The notes under the pieces are model-generated. The model did not search any database and had not been told where the DNA came from. It was given only the letters and a program-made list of their open reading frames with translations. 10,156 nucleotides of DNA from a virus (taxonomy: Duplodnaviria; Heunggongvirae; Uroviricota; Caudoviricetes). Of this stretch, positions 6,582-10,156 are shown piece by piece; position 1 is the first letter of the stretch; every line of letters begins with the position of its first letter. The DNA lies in the IMG/VR virus record IMGVR_UViG_2565956614_000006; one strand, written 5' to 3'. Made by a program: the position numbers and the translations under genes.

Positions 6582-8089
6582 TGGCAATTCTTGATGATGT
6601 GATTGGCGTTTTTTCACCAGGATGGAAAGCGGCAAGGCTGCGTTCCCGTGCGGTGATCCAGGCTTATGAGGCCGTAAAAACGACGCGGACACACAAAGCC
6701 CGACGGGAGAACCGAACTGCCGACCAGTTAAGCCAGTACGGGGCCGTGTCGTTACGTGAGCAGGCCCGTTACCTTGATAACAACCACGATCTGGTTATTG
6801 GTGTATTTGACAAGCTGGAAGAACGGGTGGTGGGGAAAAACGGGATTATTGTCGAGCCACATCCGGTATTACGCAATGGGGCCATTGCCCGTGACCTGGC
6901 TGCGGAGATTCGCACCCGATGGAGTGAATGGTCTGTCAGCCCGGAAGTCACCGGGCAGTTTACCCGTCCGATGCTGGAACGTCTGATGCTTCGTACCTGG
7001 CTGCGCGATGGTGAGGTGTTTGCCCAGATGGTTTCCGGGCGCATAAACAGCCTGGCACCTTCTGCCGGTGTTCATTTCTGGCTGGAGGCGCTCGAGCCAG
7101 ACTTTATTCCCATGACCAGTGATGAGAGCAACAGGCTGAATCAGGGCGTGTTTGTTGATGACTGGGGGCGTCCCGAAAAATATCTGGTGTATAAAAGCCG
7201 TCCCGTATCCAGACGGCAGATGGAAACCAAAGAAGTTGATGCAGAGCGAATGCTGCATCTTAAATTTGTTCGCCGTCTGCACCAGATGCGCGGGACGTCT
7301 TTATTGTCCGGTGTGCTGATCCGCCTCAGTGCCCTGAAAGAATATGAAGATTCTGAGCTGACTGCAGCAAGGATCGCCGCTGCTCTGGGGATGTACATCC
7401 GGAAAGGCGACGGGCAGAGCTATGAACCGGATGGTAATGGCAGAAAGGAGAATGAACGTGAGCTTACCATTCAGCCGGGCATTATTTACGACGATCTGAA
7501 ACCCGGCGAAGAAATCGGAATGGTGAAGTCGGATCGCCCCAATCCTAACCTTGAAACTTTTCGTAATGGTCAGTTGCGTGCCGTGGCGGCGGGCAGTCGT
7601 CTGAGTTTTTCCAGTACAGCGCGCAACTATAACGGCACTTACAGCGCCCAGCGTCAGGAGCTGGTTGAATCTACTGATGGCTACCTGATCCTGCAGGACT
7701 GGTTTATTGGTGCCGTCACCCGCCCGATGTACCGTGCATGGCTGAAACAGGCTGTGGCATCCGGTGTTATCAGGCTACCCCGCGATCTTGACCGTTCTTC
7801 ACTGTATACCGCGGTGTATTCCGGACCAGTGATGCCGTGGATTGACCCTGTTAAGGAGGCTGAGGCCTGGAAAATCCAGATTCGTGGTGGAGCGGCGACA
7901 GAATCAGACTGGGTACGTGCTGGTGGTCGTAATCCGGATGATGTCAAACGTCGGCGCAAGGCCGAAATTGATGAAAACCGCAAGCTGGATCTGGTATTTG
8001 ATACCGATCCGGCCAGTGATAAAGGAGGCAGTAGTGCCGCAACGAAACGACAGGAGCCGCAGCACACCGACGACCAGTCCGAAGAATAA
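6581..8089 (+). CDS. Portal protein (lambda gpB-like family)
   Basis: 502-aa ORF from the ATG overlapping the gpW stop (TGATG); the track ORF extends 24 codons upstream to 6509 but this start is coupled. Size and position between gpW and the head protease fit a portal. Confidence 0.8.
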   Translation: MAILDDVIGVFSPGWKAARLRSRAVIQAYEAVKTTRTHKARRENRTADQLSQYGAVSLREQARYLDNNHDLVIGVFDKLEERVVGKNGIIVEPHPVLRNGAIARDLAAEIRTRWSEWSVSPEVTGQFTRPMLERLMLRTWLRDGEVFAQMVSGRINSLAPSAGVHFWLEALEPDFIPMTSDESNRLNQGVFVDDWGRPEKYLVYKSRPVSRRQMETKEVDAERMLHLKFVRRLHQMRGTSLLSGVLIRLSALKEYEDSELTAARIAAALGMYIRKGDGQSYEPDGNGRKENERELTIQPGIIYDDLKPGEEIGMVKSDRPNPNLETFRNGQLRAVAAGSRLSFSSTARNYNGTYSAQRQELVESTDGYLILQDWFIGAVTRPMYRAWLKQAVASGVIRLPRDLDRSSLYTAVYSGPVMPWIDPVKEAEAWKIQIRGGAATESDWVRAGGRNPDDVKRRRKAEIDENRKLDLVFDTDPASDKGGSSAATKRQEPQHTDDQSEE

Positions 8090-9803
8090 TTCCTGGTTCA
8101 GGATGCAGGCTGGTCACCAGAGTGACGCGGATATTTATATTTATGACGAGATTGGTTTCTGGGGTGTTACAGCGAAGCAGTTTATCAGTGATCTGAATGC
8201 ACTGGGCGATATCACCCACATTAATCTCCATATTAATTCACCGGGTGGCGATGTCTTTGAAGGCATCGCCATTTTTAATGCGCTGAAAACACATGGTGCG
8301 TCCATTACCGTTTATGTCGACGGTGTGGCGGCGTCAATGGCGTCGGTCATTGCGATGGTAGGAAACCCGGTCATTATGCCGGAAAACACCTTCATGATGA
8401 TTCATAAACCATTTGGCTTTACGGGCGGTGATGCGGAGGACATGCGCACCTATGCCGACCTGCTCGATAAAGTTGAGGCGGTTCTGTTACCCGCTTATGC
8501 ACAGAAAACCGGGAAAACCACCGATGAAATTGCTGCCATGCTGGCGGATGAGACCTGGATGTCCGGTGCCGAATGTCTGGCACATGGATTTGCTGATCAG
8601 GTAACGCCAGCCGTTAAGGCAATGGCATGTATTCAGTCAAAACGTACAGAGGAATTTAAAAAGATGCCGGAATCCATTCGAAACATGATTACTCCGCCAC
8701 GCAACAGTGCTCCACGCGTACAGGATAATGAACCTGAAGCCTCCCGGACGCCAGTGCAGGCAGCAGCACCCGTGGTGGATGAAAACAGCATCCGTGCGCA
8801 GGTACTGGCAGAGCAAAAAGCGCGTGTAAACGGTATTAATGACCTGTTTGCCATGTTTGGCGGGCGTTATCAGACGCTGCAGGCTCAGTGTCTTGCCGAT
8901 CCTGAATGTTCGCTGGAGCAGGCCCGTGAAAAGCTGTTGAACGAGATGGGGCGCGAGTCCACGCCATCCAATAAAAATACCCCGGCTCATATTTATGCCG
9001 GTAACGGTAATTTTGTGGGGGACGGGATCCGCCAGGCGCTGATGGCGCGTGCCGGATTTGAAAAAACCGAACGTGATAATGTTTACAACGGGATGACCCT
9101 GCGTGAATATGCCCGTATGTCACTAACTGAACGGGGTATTGGGGTTTCCGGTTATAACCCGATGCAGATGGTCGGTGCGGCGTTCACACACAGTACGTCT
9201 GACTTCGGTAATATTCTGCTGGATGTTGCGAACAAAGCCATTCTGCAGGGCTGGGAAGATGCCCCTGAAACCTATGAACAGTGGACGCGGAAAGGTCAGT
9301 TGTCTGATTTTAAAATTGCCCATCGTGTGGGTATGGGTGGCTTCAGTGCTCTGCGTCAGGTGCGTGAAGGGGCGGAATATAAATACGTCACCACCGGAGA
9401 TAAACAGGCCACTATTGCACTGGCGACCTATGGCGAGCTGTTCAGTATCACCCGTCAGGCCATTATCAATGATGATCTGAATATGCTGACCGATGTCCCG
9501 ATGAAACTGGGCCGTGCGGCGAAATCCACTATTGCCGATCTGGTTTATGCCATTCTGACGTCTAACCCGAAAATCTCCACAGATAATGTAAGTCTGTTCG
9601 ATAAAGCGAAACATGCAAACGTACTGGAGAGCGCAGCAATGGACGTGGCATCGCTGGATAAAGCCCGCCAGTTGATGCGCGTTCAGAAGGCGCTGGATTT
9701 AACGTGGGGTCACCTCAACAGGCAGGTATATCTGAACTTGTTTTACGTGCAGGTAATGGTAATCCGAAGGGGATTACTGGTGCTTTATGGCAGCGCACAT
9801 TGA
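8034..9803 (+). CDS. ClpP-like prohead protease fused to scaffold/major capsid protein; 3' end disrupted by a deletion junction
   Basis: ClpP (S14) signature blocks [10 protein letters not shown]...[31 protein letters not shown]; C-terminal two-thirds resembles an HK97-fold capsid domain. Preferred start GTG 8034 with AAGGAGG RBS 5 nt upstream (inside portal 3' end); alternative ATG 8103. The frame ends in an implausible tail (...[28 protein letters not shown]) while another frame continues as tail-fibre sequence. Confidence 0.8.
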   Translation: MPQRNDRSRSTPTTSPKNNSWFRMQAGHQSDADIYIYDEIGFWGVTAKQFISDLNALGDITHINLHINSPGGDVFEGIAIFNALKTHGASITVYVDGVAASMASVIAMVGNPVIMPENTFMMIHKPFGFTGGDAEDMRTYADLLDKVEAVLLPAYAQKTGKTTDEIAAMLADETWMSGAECLAHGFADQVTPAVKAMACIQSKRTEEFKKMPESIRNMITPPRNSAPRVQDNEPEASRTPVQAAAPVVDENSIRAQVLAEQKARVNGINDLFAMFGGRYQTLQAQCLADPECSLEQAREKLLNEMGRESTPSNKNTPAHIYAGNGNFVGDGIRQALMARAGFEKTERDNVYNGMTLREYARMSLTERGIGVSGYNPMQMVGAAFTHSTSDFGNILLDVANKAILQGWEDAPETYEQWTRKGQLSDFKIAHRVGMGGFSALRQVREGAEYKYVTTGDKQATIALATYGELFSITRQAIINDDLNMLTDVPMKLGRAAKSTIADLVYAILTSNPKISTDNVSLFDKAKHANVLESAAMDVASLDKARQLMRVQKALDLTWGHLNRQVYLNLFYVQVMVIRRGLLVLYGSAH

Positions 9804-10156
9804 CAGGGTTTACAAATTTTGCCTGGGTTAATACATCTGGTGATACTTACGATATTTACGTTGCAATCGGAAATTATGCGACTGGTGTAAATATTCAATG
9901 GGATTATACCAGTAATGCCAGCGTGACGATTCATACGTCACCAGCATATTCTGCTAATAAGCCGGAAGGGTTAACGGACGGTACAGTTTATTCACTCTAT
10001 ACGCCATCAGAGCAGTTTTATCCGCCTGGCGCACCAATCCCGTGGCCATCAGATACCGTTCCGTCTGGCTATGCCCTGATGCAGGGGCAGGCTTTTGACA
10101 AATCTGCATACCCGAAACTTGCAGCGGCTTATCCGTCAGGCGTGATCCCTGATATG
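9662..10156 (+). pseudogene. Side tail fibre (Stf-like) gene fragment: internal part, no start, continues beyond the window
   Basis: Frame open from 9662 to the window end with no start codon; translation ...[96 protein letters not shown] contains the conserved block I recognise from lambdoid side tail fibre proteins. Out of frame with the capsid gene. Confidence 0.7.

Noticed and set aside
4285-9614. Multiple 60-160-aa ORFs on both strands inside the terminase, portal and protease-capsid genes
   Set aside because: All lie within long, motif-supported structural genes, mostly antisense or in alternative frames with Arg/Pro/Ser-rich translations typical of GC-rich shadow ORFs.
9662-9803. Programmed -1 frameshift joining capsid and tail-fibre frames into one fusion protein
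   Set aside because: The frame relationship would permit it, but I found no X XXY YYZ slippery heptamer or downstream structure in the overlap; a deletion junction is the simpler explanation.

Overview
This window reads as the late region of a defective lambdoid (Qin-like) prophage of an enterobacterial host, all on the + strand except one gene. Left to right: the 3' end of an endolysin gene, an Rz/Rz1 spanin pair (Rz1 embedded in the +1 frame), an AT-rich accessory (moron) island, a cos-like site, and a lambda-type head module. The moron island carries a CspA-family cold-shock gene (cspI-like), a small CxxC...CxxC zinc-ribbon ORF with no canonical start, a 76-aa hypothetical ORF, a GnsA/GnsB-family gene, a minus-strand DUF1398 (YdfO/YbcV-like) gene and a 68-aa hypothetical ORF. 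The head module is small terminase, GpA-family large terminase, gpW-like protein, portal, and a ClpP-like protease fused to a major capsid protein. The capsid reading frame breaks near 9.7 kb and a different frame continues as an internal fragment of a side-tail-fiber gene, so the head-completion and tail genes appear to be deleted. No CRISPR array, tRNA, rRNA or recognisable defence system was found. All assignments rest on motif recognition, synteny and reading-frame analysis by eye; no database search was run.
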